Source: Dendrobates tinctorius
Lineage: Eukaryota
Direction: 5' to 3'
Length of the DNA: 64,000 nucleotides
Assembly (NCBI RefSeq): GCF_039654945.1
Contig: NW_027361788.1
Location: 36,146,001 to 36,210,000, forward strand
In this document: piece by piece, positions 24,801 through 56,333 of the stretch
How the letters are laid out: the number at the start of each line of letters is the position of its first letter
How positions within the stretch are numbered: the first letter of the stretch is position 1
Program-made: the position numbers and the translations under genes
The notes under the pieces: model-generated
The model's database searches: none
What the model saw: only the letters and a program-made list of their open reading frames with translations
What the model was told of the DNA's origin: nothing

Positions 24801-27800
24801 ACGACCCCACAGCACTGGTCACTACTGAGCATGTACATAAAGGGCAGCACAGATTCATCTCATCTACGACCCCACAGCACTGGTCACTACTGACATGTAC
24901 ATAAAGGGCAGCACAGATTCATCTCATCTATGACCCCACAGCACTGGTCACTACTGAGCATGTACATAAAGGGCAGCACAGATTCATCTCATCTACGACC
25001 TCACAGCACTGGTCACTACTGAGCATGTACATAAAGGGCAGCACAGATTCATCTCATCTGTGACCCCACAGCACTGGTCACTACTGAGCATGTACATAAA
25101 GGGCAGCACAGATTCATCTCATCTACGACCTCACAGCACTGGTCACTACTGACATGTACATAAAGGGCAGCACAGATTCATCTCATCTACAACCCCACAG
25201 CACTGGTCACTACTGAGCATGTACATAAAGGGCAGCACAGATTCATCTCATCTATGACCCCACAGCACTGGTCACTACTGAGCATGTACATAAAGGGCAG
25301 CACAGATTCATCTCATCTACAACCTCACAGCACTGGTCACTACTGAGCATGTACATAAAGGGCAGCACAGATTCATCTCATCTATGACCCCACAGCACTG
25401 GTCACTACTAAGCATGTACATAAAGGGCAACACAGATTCATCTCATCTATGACCTCACAGCACTGGTCACTACTGACATGTACATAAAGGGCAGCACAGA
25501 TTCATCTCATCTGCAACCCCACAGCACTGGTCACTACTGAGCATGTACATAAAGGGCAGCACAGATTCATCTCATCTATGACCCCACAGCACTGGTCACT
25601 ACTGAGCATGTACATAAAGGGCAGCACAGATTCATCTCATCTACATCTCCACAGCACTGGTCATTACTGAGCATGTACATAAAGGGCAGCACAGATTCAT
25701 CTCATCTACATCTCAACAGCACTGGTCACTACTGAGCATGTACATAAAGTGCAGCACAGATTCATCTCCTCTATGACCTCACAGCACTGGTCACTACTGA
25801 GCATGTACATAAAGGGCAGCACAGATTCATCTCATCTACGACCCCACAGCACTGGTCACTACTGAGCATGTACATAAAGGGCAGCACAGATTCATCTCAT
25901 CTACATCTCCACAGCACTGGTCACTACTGAGCATGTACATAAAGGGCAGCACAGATTCATCTCATCTACGACCCCACAGCACTGGTCACTACTGAGCATG
26001 TACATAAAGGGCAGCACAGATTCATCTCATCTACAACCCCACAGCACTGGTCACTACTGAGCATGTACATAAAGTACAGCACAGATTCATCTCATCTATG
26101 ACTCCACAGCACTGGTCACTACTGAGCATGTACATAAAGGGCAGCACAGATTCATCTCATCTACATCTCCACAGCACTGGTCATTACTGAGCATGTACAT
26201 AAAGGGCAGCACAGATTCATCTCATCTACATCTCCACAGCACTGGTCACTACTGAGCATGTACATAAAGGGCAGCACAGATTCATCTCATCTATGACCCC
26301 ACAGCACTGGTCACTACTGAGCATGTACATAAAGGGCAGCACAGATTCATCTCATCTACGACCTCACAGCACTGGTCACTACTGAGCATGTACATAAAGG
26401 GCAGCACAGATTCATCTCATCTACAACCCCACAGCACTGGTCACTACTGAGCATGTACATAAAGTACAGCACAGATTCATCTCATCTATGACCCCACAGC
26501 ACTGGTCACTACTGACATGTACATAAAGGGCAGCACAGATTCATCTCATCTATGACCCCACAGCACTGGTCACTACTGAGCATGTACATAAAGGGCAGCA
26601 CAGATTCATCTCATCTATGACCCCACAGCACTGGTCACTACTGAGCATGTACATAAAGGGCAGCACAGATTCATCTCATCTACATCCCCACAGCACTGGT
26701 CACTACTGAGCATGTACATAAAGTGCAGCACAGATTCATCTCATCTATGACCTCACAGCACTGGTCACTACTGAGCATGTACATAAAGGGCAGCACAGAT
26801 TCATCTCATCTACAACTCCACAGCACTGGTCACTACTGAGCATGTACATAAAGGGCAGCACAGATTCATCTCATCTACGACCCCACAGCACTGGTCACTA
26901 CTGAGCATGTACATAAAGTGCAGCACAGATTCATCTCATCTATGACCCCACAGCACTGGTCACTACTGAGCATGTACATAAAGGGCAGCACAGATTCATC
27001 TCATCTATGACCCCACAGCACTGGTCACTACTGAGCATGTACATAAAGGGCAGCACAGATTCATCTCATCTATGACCCCACAGCACTGGTCACTACTGAG
27101 CATGTACATAAAGGGAAGCACAGATTCATCTCATCTACGACCTCACAGCACTGGTCACTACTGACATGTACATAAAGGGCAGCACAGATTCATCTCATCT
27201 ACAACCCCACAGCACTGGTCACTACTGAGCATGTACATAAAGGGCAGCACAGATTCATCTCATCTGTGACCTCACAGCACTGGTCACTACTGACCATGTA
27301 CATAAAGGGCAGCACAGATTCATCTCATCTACATCCCCACAGCACTGGTCACTACTGAGCATGTACATAAAGGGCAGCACAGATTCATCTCATCTACGAC
27401 CCCACAGCACTGGTCACTACTGAGCATGTACATAAAGGGCAGCACAGATTCATCTCATCTACGACCCCACAGCACTGATCACTACTGAGCATGTACATAA
27501 AGGGCAGCACAGATTCATCTCATCTACATCTCCACAGCACTGGTCACTACTGAGCATGTACATAAAGGGCAGCACAGATTCATCTCATCTACATCTCCAC
27601 AGCACTGGTCACTACTGAGCATGTACATAAAGGGCAGCACAGATTCATCTCATCTACATCTCAACAGCACTGGTCACTACTGAGCATGTACATAAAGTGC
27701 AGCACAGATTCATCTCATCTACGACCCCACAGCACTGGTCACTACTGAGCATGTACATAAAGGGCAGCACAGATTCATCTCGTCTACATCCCCACAGCAC

Positions 27801-30800
27801 TGATCACTACTGACATGTACATAAAGGGCAGCACAGATTCATCTCATCTACAACCCCACAGCACTTGTCACTACTGAGCATGTACATAAAGGGCAGCACA
27901 GATTAATCTCATCTATGACCTCACAGCACTGGTCACTACTGACATGTACATAAAGGGCAGCACAGATTCATCTCATGTACGACCCCACAGCACTGGTCAC
28001 TACTGAGCATGTACATAAAGGGCAGCACAGATTAATCTCCTCTATGACCTCACATCACTGGTCACTACTAAGCATGTACATAAAGGGCAGCACAGATTCA
28101 TCTCATCTACAACTCCACAGCACTGGTCACTACTGAGCATGTACATAAAGGGCAGCACAGATTCATCTCATCTACATCCCCACAGCACTGGTCACTACTG
28201 ACATGTACATAAAGGGCAGCACAGATTCATCTCATCTATGACCCCACAGCACTGGTCACTACTGAGCATGTACATAAAGGGCAGCACAGATTCATCTCAT
28301 CTACATCCCCACAGCACTGGTCACTACTGAGCATGTACATAAAGTGCAGCACAGATTCATCTCATCTATGACCTCACAGCACTGGTCACTACTAGGCATG
28401 TACATAAAGGGCAGCACAGATTCATCTCATCTACGACCCCACAGCACTGGTCACTACTGAGCATGTACATAAAGGGCAGCACAGATTCATCTCATCTATG
28501 ACCCCACAGCACTGGTCACTACTGAGCATGTACATAAAGGGCAGCACAGATTCATCTCATCTACGACCTCACAGCACTGGTCACTACTGACATGTACATA
28601 AAGGGCAGCACAGATTCATCTCATCTACAACCCCACAGCACTGGTCACTACTGAGCATGTACATAAAGGGCAGCACAGATTCATCTCATCTACATCCCCA
28701 CAGCACTGGTCACTACTGACATGTACATAAAGGGCAGCACAGATTCATCTCATCTACAACCCCACAGCACTGGTCACTACTGAGCATGTACATAAAGGGC
28801 AGCACAGATTCATCTCATCTGTGACCTCACAGCACTGGTCACTACTGACCATGTACATAAAGGGCAGCACAGATTCATCTCATCTGTGACCTCACAGCAC
28901 TGGTCACTACTGACCATGTACATAAAGGGCAGCACAGATTCATCTCATCTACATCCCCACAGCACTGGTCACTACTGAGCATGTACATAAAGGGCAGCAC
29001 AGATTCATCTCATCTACGACCTCACAGCACTGGTCACTACTGACATGTACATAAAGGGCAGCACAGATTCATCTCATCTACAACTCCACAGCACTGGTCA
29101 CTACTGAGCATGTACATAAAGGGCAGCACAGATTCATCTCATCTATGACCCCACAGCACTGGTCACTACTGAGCATGTACATAAAGGGCAGCACAGATTC
29201 ATCTCATCTACGACCCCACAGCACTGGTCACTACTGAGCATGTACATAAAGGGCAGCACAGATTCATCTCCTCTATGACCTCACAGCACTGGTCACTACT
29301 GAGCATGTACATAAAGGGCAGCACAGATTCATCTCATCTGTGACCCCACAGCACTGGTCACTACTGACCATGTACATAAAGGGCAGCACAGATTAATCTC
29401 ATCTGTGACCTCACAGCACTGGTCACTACTGACCATGTACAGTACATAAAGGGCAGCACAGATTCATCTCATCTACATCCCCACAGCACTGGTTACTACT
29501 GACATGTACATTAAGGGCAGCACAGATTCATCTCATCTATGACCCCACAGCACTGGTCACTACTGAGCATGTACATAAAGGGCAGCACAGATTCATCTCA
29601 TCTACAACCCCACAGCACTGGTCACTACTGAGCATGTACATAAAGGGCAGCACAGATTCATCTCATCTACAACCCCACAGCACTGGTCACTACTGAGCAT
29701 GTACATAAAGTGCAGCACAGATTCATCTCGTCTACGACTCCACAGCACTGATCACTAGTGAGCATGTACATAAAGGGCAGCACAGATTCATCTCATCTAC
29801 ATCTCCACAGCACTGGTCACTACTGACATGTACATAAAGGGCAGCACAGATTCATCTACATCTCCACAGCACTGGTCACTACTGACATGTACATAAAGGG
29901 CAGCACAGATTCATCTCATCTACAACCCCACAGCACTGGTCACTACTGAGCATGTACATAAAGGGCAGCACAGATTCATCTCATCTACATTTCCACAGCA
30001 TTGGTCACTACTGAGCATGTACATAAAGGGCAGCACAGATTCATCTCATCTACAACCCCACAGCACTGGTCACTACTGAGCATGTACATATAGTGCAGCA
30101 CAGATTCATCTCGTCTATGACTCCACAGCACTGATCACTAGTGAGCATGTACATAAAGGGCAGCACAGATTCATCTCGTCTACGACTCCACAGCCCTGAT
30201 CACTAGTGAGCATGTGCATGAAGTGCAGCACAGATTCATCTCAACTAAAACTCTAGATCCTTAGATCAGGAATAGAGCAGACATTCATAGGAGACATTTT
30301 ATAACTTTCCCAAATTATCATGATAACCTTTACGTCATATCCTGAACTGAACTACCGGACCCAATTTATTAGATATTTTAGGAGTTGGATTCTGTCCATT
30401 TTATTCCGACTCCACAGCCCTGGTACAAACAGACACCAATCAAACACAGATGGAAATTGGTCTTTTTATTTTTTCTCACATGTAAAAAAAAAAATAAAAT
30501 ACAAAGTGAGGCCTTACTGTAATGTGTGTGTGGAGCAGGCTTGTGTCTTGCCAAAGACATGGATGGGATAATGAGGTAAAGGTATCCTGACTACAGATGT
30601 GGCATATATGTCTCATAGGTATCAGCCTCATCTTTCCAATCTTCACCTATTGGGAAACCTGTGGTCCTTCGTCCACTTTTTAGCTGTTGCGCAGCAAAGA
30701 CGGAAGCGAGGAGAGCTGTCATAACCTGATCCCAGGACTGTTTCAATGATTCGCATAGACTACAATAGAATGAGCTCCAACTCTCTTTTTACACTTCTTT

Positions 30801-33800
30801 ATGCGGTCGCAAGACAAGGGATCATAGGTCTCCAAATAAGTGTTGGGGATCCCACCTTATGCCATTAATTTAATCACCCTTTAATAGAAAAGGTGAAACG
30901 CACTGAATATAACCTGGACTGAGCCTGTGCCGATTAGTGCACCATGCTCTTACTTTTGCATGACGTGGATTTCCTGCTGTTTCTATACGTGGTTACCATT
31001 TCTTACTGTATGCTATATTTCCATCCATCCTGTAAGACGGGGCGGTCCATACCGACAGCTCTCATTACTACTCTCATATGTGACATTGTTCTCTCCTTTT
31101 CTGTTTCAGACTCACAAGAACTGTCGCCATGGACTGTGAGATGGTGGGAGTGGGCACAGATGGTGAAGAAAGCATCCTGGCGCGGGTATCCATTGTCAAC
31201 CAGTTTGGGAAATGCATCTACGATAAGTTTGTTAAACCCACAGAACGCGTCACAGACTACAGGACGGCAGTGAGCGGAATCAGGCCGAAGGATGTAAAGA
31301 ATGGTAAGGACACCAGGGGCCATGTCGTCTTTTTTTTTTTTTTTGACATATCCTGATAAATATCTATATATCTATCTGTGTTTTTATAGGGGAAGATTTC
31401 AAGGTTGTACAAAAAGAAGTATCCGAGATCCTTAAGGGACGTATCCTGGTTGGTCATGCTGTACATAATGATCTAAAGGTCAGTAATGATTGGCACATCT
31501 TGAGGGCTTTCTCTGGAATACAACTCTTGTCCCTGTGCCCAGTTGGCATATATTCATGTCATAATGAGGAGGGGGATTACCTGTTTTCACCAGAGCGGAG
31601 AGACGTGATGGTAAGAGTGGTCTCCGCTTTGGTAGATCCTCATCTATCAGTCAGAGTGAGAGCGGTTACAAAGGACTACTCTCGCTCCGGATCCAACCTG
31701 AACCAGCAGTGCACTGGCAGTCTATTGATGTGAATGGGCACTTCGCAGTTTTTCATTTCTCCTGTGGTGGCGCTGCAGGGAAATTAAACACTTATTGCCT
31801 GGTTTCCTCACAGATTGCGGGAGATCCAAGCAGGAGGCGGGGTCTTTGTAATCTGCTTTCTTTTACCATGTAAAGACTGTGTGAAGCAGAGAACCCCCTT
31901 AAGTATAATTGGTGTCATTCATCATTATTTATTTTCAGTGCTGGGCTGATTTTCTTACTTTGCAGCCGTAGTGTATGGATTTGCGGTTTAAAGTTTTGTT
32001 TTACTTTTTCAGATTTTCTTTCTGGATCATCCTAAAAAAGCCACAAGAGACACTCAGAAGTACAAACCGTTCAAACAAAAAGTGAAGGTAAGCTGCCATC
32101 ATATGGAAGTCCGAGCAAGTCAGAAAGTCACACATAAGTGTCACGTGGGTCTAAAACTGCACTTGGGGTGCAGTCCTATATCCATAGAGATAACCAGTGC
32201 CAAGACCCCACACCCAGTGTTAGAATAAAGGTGATTGTAAAGCTGAAGTGGTCTCATGTCTCGTCACTTGGGAGCCTCTCAACTTCTGTCAAATCTGTGT
32301 ATTCACTAAATTGTGGTTGGGCCTCATCCTAAAAACAGGGTTATGACCTACATTTATTGGTAATATGCCATAACAAACTGAGATGGGAATATCCCTTTAA
32401 GCAGAAAAATAATGGTGCAATGGGACTGTAGCATGGATTTCATGACTACCTATGATGAATTGCTGTAAAAAAAAAGCCGCACCGCTGTACTGTAATTTTT
32501 AGCGCATTCATTTAAAAAATCTGAATGTATAAGTTTATTTTTTTAATGTACTCACCCTTCTGTCCCATGTCGTCTCCTTCCAGTCCTCGCGTCCATCCTT
32601 GAAGCTGCTGTGTGAGAAAATCCTAAATGTTAAAGTACAGAGTGGAGAACATTGCTCAGTAAGTAACTAGTTCGACATCCGTTTTCCCTGGTTTAGAGAT
32701 CCTGCTCTGGAGGACACTGTCACCATGTAATGCTATCAGTGCTATCATCTTGGCTTTGTGCAGTGGATGATTTTGCAAACTCCCCTCTCCCGCTCTTTGA
32801 CCACAATCTTCTTTCATTCTCTATCAAGAACTGCCAGGCTGCTCAGGTCACCCCCACTGTCCAGACTTATAGAAACATACAGGCCATTAACACCCAGAAA
32901 CTTATGAAGAACTTGCAGTCTTCATTGGCCCCTATCTCCTCCCTCTCATGTCCTGATTCTGCATTGAAGCATTACAATAAAACACTTCAAAGTGCCCTGG
33001 ATGAATTTGCACCCCCTATAAATAGAACACCACAACGCAGACGGCGACAACCCTGGCACACGGTGCAAACACGTTTCCTGCAGCGATGCTCCAGGTGCGC
33101 CGAACGTCTGTGGAGAAAATCCAATCTACACGAAGATTTCATCCATTTTAAGTTTATGCTTAGAACATACAACACTGCCCTTCACCTCTCCAAACAAACC
33201 TATTTCAACACCCTCATCACCTCACTGTCCAATAACCCGAAACGTCTCTGACACTTTTCATTCTCTACTCAATCCAAGAGTACAGGCCCCAACCACGGAG
33301 CTCCGAGCTGACGATCTGGCCAATTACTTCAAAGAAAAAATTGATTGACCAGATTCGACAGGAAGTTATCTCCCAATCACCATATACCATGCACTGTCCT
33401 TCCTCCCCCACTGCATCTAGCTCACTCTCTGATTTTGAACCAGTCACAGAAGAAGTAGTAAGCAGGCTCCTTGCATCTTCTCGCCCAACCACTTGCACCA
33501 GTGACCCATTTTTGTCACATCTCCTCCAGTCCCTTTCCCCTGCTGTCACCCCTCACCTAACTAAAATATTTAACCTCTCTCTCTCTTCAGGTATTTTTCC
33601 CTCCTCATTTAAGCATGCCATCATACATCCACTACTTAAAAAACCATCCCTCGACCAAAACTGTGCCGCTAACTATAGACCTGTCGCTAATCTTCCCTTC
33701 ATCTCTAAACTCCTGGAACGCCTGGTCCACTCCCGTCTTATCCGCTATCTCTCAGAAAACTCTGTTCTAGACCCTCTCCAATCCGGTTTCCGCTCTTTAC

Positions 33801-35819
33801 ACTCCACTGAAACTGCCCTCACTAAAGTCTCTAATGATCTGCTAACAGCTAAATCAAATGGTCATTACTCCATGCTAGTTCTCTTGGATCTCTCTGCAGC
33901 ATTCGACACGGTGGATCATCAGCTCCTCCTCACTATGCTCCGTTCCATTGTCCTCAAGGATACCGTTCTCTCCTGGTTCTCCTCCTATCTCTCCGACCGC
34001 TCCTTTACTGTATCTTTTGCCGGTTCCTCCTCCTCTCACCTTCCCCTTACTGTTGGGGTCCCCCAAGGATCGGTTCTAGGCCCCCTCCTCTTCTCCTTGT
34101 ACACTGCCCCTATTGGTCAAACAATCAGTAGATTTGGTTTCCAGTACCATCTCTATGCTGATGACACCCAATTATACGCTTCTTCTCCTGACATCACGCC
34201 AGCCTTTCTAGAAAACACCGGCGATTGTCTAAACGCTGTGTCTAATATCATGTCCTCACTATATCTGAAACTGAACCTGTCAAAGACTGAACTCCTGGTG
34301 TTTCCTCCCTCTACTAATGTACCTATACCCGACATTGCCATTTCTGTGTGTGGCTCCACTATTACTCCCCAGCAACAGGCCCGCTGTCTTGGGGTCATAC
34401 TTGATTCTGAGCTTTCCTTTGCCCCCCACATTCGATCACTGGCTCGCTATTGTCATCTGCACCTCAAAAACATTTCTAGAATTCGACCTTTTCTTACTTT
34501 TGACTCTGCAAAAACTCTTACTGTTTCTCTTATTCATTCTCGTCTGGACTATTGTAACTCTCTTCTAATCGGTCTCCCTCTTACCAAACTCTCCCCTCTC
34601 CAATCTGTCTTGAATGCTGCAGCCAGGATCATATTCGTCACCAATCGGTACACCGATGCCTCTACCTTGTGCCAGTCATTACACTGGCTACCCATCCACT
34701 CCAGAATCCAGTATAAACTTATTACCCTCACCCACAAAGCCCTCCATGGCTCACCACCACCCTACATCTCCTCCCTTGTTTCAGTATACCACCCTACCCG
34801 CGCCCTCAGTTCTGCTGATGACCTGAGGTTAGCATCCTCGATAATCAGAACCTCCCACTCCCGTCTACAAGACTTTACACGTGCCGCGCCAATTCTTTGG
34901 AATGCACTTCCCAGGTCAATACGATTAGTCCCCAATCCCCACAATTTTAAGCGTGCCCTGAAAACGCATTTATTCAGACTGGCCTATCGCCTCAACACAT
35001 TAACCTAATCTATCCCTGTGTGGCACAGCCAAAAGTTTTACCATAACCAGATTTCCTGCATCATGTTCCCACATGCTTTATGCATCCATTAGCCCTCTGT
35101 GTCTGTACTGTCACACACTTTATGGCTGGTTCATACAATCAGGGCAACTGTTACCACCCACCTTTCGTGTCTACCTCTTTCCTCATAGATTGTAAGCTTG
35201 CGAGCAGGGCCCTCATTCCTCTTGGTATTTGTTATAATCTACTGTATGTGATTATTGTTATGCTGTAATGTCTATTGTCTGTACAAATCCCCTCTGAAAT
35301 GTAAAGTGCTGCGGAATATGTCGGCGCTCTAAAAATAAAATTTATTATTATCAGTTCTGCTGCACTGGTCTCCATGTTGTGCCCCATTTTATCTGTTCTC
35401 GCTTTGTCCCAGTTATAAGGCCACCCTAAAAGTTTGCTAAATCCAATGTTGGTGGGATCAGGTGATTATTTTGTGTGTGGACTATGGAACATAGTTGTCT
35501 GTTCCGGGACAATATTTAAAAACTTATTCTATTTTCTCCTCTCCAGGTTTTGTTGCCTTTTTATGTAGCTTTCCCCACCTCCGGATATCTAATGTTTTAT
35601 CTGCTCTCTGTGATGATCTGGCAACCTTCCCAGAGGAGGACCTGGAATACGTAAGATTGTTTAACCCTTCTGTGCTCTTCACTATCATAGATCCAGGATG
35701 CACAGGCTGCCATGAGGTTGTACACCATGGAGAAGAAGAACTGGGAAAACGCCATCAAAGCAAAATACAGCCAAACTAAAACAGAACCACGAAAACAGAA
35801 GCTGCCACCGCCACCATGA
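18616..35819 (+). CDS. REXO4: RNA exonuclease 4 (XPMC2-like DEDDh 3'-5' exonuclease), complete, 413 aa; join(18616-18831,18935-19245,22299-22451,31110-31303,31390-31478,32013-32087,32584-32658,35691-35819)
   Basis: Lys-rich N-terminus with [19 protein letters not shown], Exo[11 protein letters not shown], Exo[12 protein letters not shown], Exo[15 protein letters not shown]. 1242 nt in frame, all introns GT-AG. Confidence 0.96.
18935..19245 (+). CDS. REXO4: REXO4 coding exon 2
   Basis: ttttag| LLKPESS...AEPP AA|gtaagc; 311 nt. Confidence 0.9.
19277..20527. mobile_element. Non-autonomous Tc1 derivative with ~450-bp inverted arms
   Basis: TA|CAGGTGCATCTCACAAA...TTTGTGAGATGCACCCG|TA; degraded SVMVWGAM and [15 protein letters not shown] in the centre. 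Confidence 0.92.
20687..22192 (-). mobile_element. 5'-truncated L2/CR1-type LINE (RT C-terminal part, 3'UTR, (TTA)n tail) in REXO4 intron 2
   Basis: [27 protein letters not shown] and LHWLP motifs, with stop/frameshift. TTGGTA is duplicated at 20681-20686 and 22193-22198. Confidence 0.93.
22299..22451 (+). CDS. REXO4: REXO4 coding exon 3
   Basis: cttttcag| [18 protein letters not shown]...RAFEG |gtaagt; 153 nt. Confidence 0.94.
22938..30422. mobile_element. hAT-like MITE shell enclosing the 65-bp satellite
   Basis: Left end CAGATCGGTGGAGTCGG versus right end CCGACTCCACAGCCCTG (14/17 inverted match); flanks GTGGTAAC/GTACAAAC match only 5/8. Confidence 0.6.
22990..30243. repeat. 65/64-bp tandem satellite, ~112 copies, filling REXO4 intron 3
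   Basis: Unit GATTCATCTCATCTA(variable)CACAGCACTGGTCACTACTGA(G)CATGTACATAAAGGGCAGCACA; period 23041, 23106, 23171, 23236, 23300. Confidence 0.98.
31110..31303 (+). CDS. REXO4: REXO4 coding exon 4 (ExoI)
   Basis: gtttcag| [15 protein letters not shown]...DVKN G|gtaagg; 194 nt. Confidence 0.95.
31390..31478 (+). CDS. REXO4: REXO4 coding exon 5 (ExoII)
   Basis: ttatag| [10 protein letters not shown]...GHAVHNDLK |gtcagt; 89 nt. Confidence 0.95.
32013..32087 (+). CDS. REXO4: REXO4 coding exon 6
   Basis: ttttcag| [25 protein letters not shown] |gtaagc; 75 nt. Confidence 0.94.
32584..32658 (+). CDS. REXO4: REXO4 coding exon 7
   Basis: ccttccag| [25 protein letters not shown] |gtaagt; 75 nt. Confidence 0.94.
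32748..35348 (+). mobile_element. 5'-truncated L2/CR1-type LINE in REXO4 intron 7; RT domain open at 33341-35008, frameshifts near 33250 and 33340
   Basis: End of the endonuclease domain (DHNLL), NYRP, QSGFR, YADD, SRLDYCN, (TTA)n tail; TATCA flanks both ends. Confidence 0.95.
35691..35819 (+). CDS. REXO4: REXO4 coding exon 8 (to stop)
   Basis: atcatag| [19 protein letters not shown]...PPPP TGA. Confidence 0.93.
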   Translation: MQDAQAAMRLYTMEKKNWENAIKAKYSQTKTEPRKQKLPPPP

Positions 35820-35990
35820 ACCGCCTCCTGATCGGCACTGGACAGTATAGTATTGTGAGGACTGATGGATAAGCCGTGCCTTGTTCCTTCCCCTATCTAA
35901 ATCTGTACATCGGTTCTTTACACCTCACTGTCTGATCCATGGAGGAGCAAGAAAGACTAAAAAAATTATGGACTGAAAATTTAGGTTCAC

Positions 35991-35999
35991 TTTATTAAA
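35991..35999. terminator. Candidate polyadenylation signal TTTATTAAA (ATTAAA on +, AATAAA on -)
   Basis: First hexamer after the REXO4 stop; alternatives are ATTAAA at 36229 and an AATAAA cluster at 37398-37423. Confidence 0.35.
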
Positions 36000-37451
36000 A
36001 ACTGTTTATAAACCTAAATGACGGGTGAAAAAAGCATCTTCACACACAAAATGGTAAAGGTATTCTTTATTTTTAAAGGGAACATATCATCTAAGACCTC
36101 TTTATGCAGATGGATGAAATGGACTTTCAGTTGTAGAATATGCTACTGTTAATGAGTACCACTGACTTTATTTGCAGGGCGCTCTGCATTTGACAAAGAA
36201 CATGGCAACTTTTGTGATGTATCAAACAATTAAAAATAATTTTACCTATTTTTATTGAGATATTGTTTCTAATAGACTGTTTATAGGAATATTTACTGAT
36301 AGAAAACTCTGACCTTCAGCTGACTATAATGGATGGTTTTATACTAGGGGCTCGTTTATACTGTAGCATATACGCGTGCCAGAAAGATACCGCAACCATC
36401 CATGCAGAACTACCATGTGACGTAATGTATATGTGATATTATGTCTGCAAAATGGTGTTAAACGCATATCTAAACGGCCAATAGCAAATTTCTTCTTTTA
36501 AAGGGATATTCTGAAAGGTCAGGGGGTTCTAAGACAGGGTCTAAAATCTTCTGCACTCCACAACTGTTATGAAATGACAGGTCAATGAATGGTGGGAGTT
36601 GTAGTTTCACAACAGCTGGAGAGCTGCAAAGGAAAAGAGGAAAAGCTATTTTTGTCAGGGATACAATAACAGGATACTCCTGGCTTAAGTGATTGGTTAA
36701 GATATGGAATGGTTTAATAAGTGGTGCTTGATCTAACTCTAGGACCCCACCATTCTTGAGAATGACCACTGCTCCTCTGATGTAGTGCTGCAAGCGCCCA
36801 GCCATATGCTGGGCAGGGGAACTGCAGCACCGCTCCATTTAAAGTGGAGTCGGCTGCAATTCCCTGCACAGCCGAGCGGCCGTGGTGCCCAAAACTGCTA
36901 AGGGGCCACAGGACTAAATCAGCGGTGCATTCCTTTGTCATGGGGATCTAGAAGGTCGGACCTTTCAGATTATACAGTGATGGCTTAAGTTGTGTAACAA
37001 GATTTGCACGACCCTGGTCAAATGGCTGGTACACCGTGGCTGCCAGTCCAGAGCCTCACAAATCCCTTCCTAGCTGCGGCAGCCCCAGCATAATGATGTG
37101 CCAGGCCTAATCAGAAAAGATCCCAGGAATGCTGCAAGAAGATACTTGCAGGGTTCTGAATCGGTGGTCATGGACCAGGGTCGTACATCTTTTTGCTACA
37201 CTCTTGTGATGATCTACCCCCTAGGCACAGCGTTAATGTAATGTCATTGGTTATTTTTCTTCAGCTGTACCATCCTATAGAGAATCTAGAAGCGAGGGTT
37301 GTACATAAAGCCGCGACCCCCCCTTCATTGATGACATCTGTGATGTTCCCAGCTTTGGACACATCAGCTGTATTTTTTTACATCTCTATTTAAAAAAAAT
37401 AAATAAAATAAAAAATGAATAAAGCAACAAATCTGGTTGCAGAAGTCACAT

Positions 37452-56333
<18,882 letters not shown>

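Noticed and set aside
22990-30243. CRISPR-like array or hammerhead-bearing satellite
   Set aside because: No unique spacers, only a few recurring point variants; eukaryotic intron; no CUGANGA/GAAA core on either strand.
33341-35008. 555-aa ORF as a domesticated gene or autonomous LINE
   Set aside because: 5'-truncated, endonuclease domain missing, two upstream frameshifts, no true ATG start, and the LINE tail is retained.
35804-35872. Kozak-like CCGCCACCATGA overlapping the REXO4 stop, opening an 18-aa ORF
   Set aside because: Explained by poly-Pro codons (CCA CCG CCA CCA) before TGA; the ORF is tiny.
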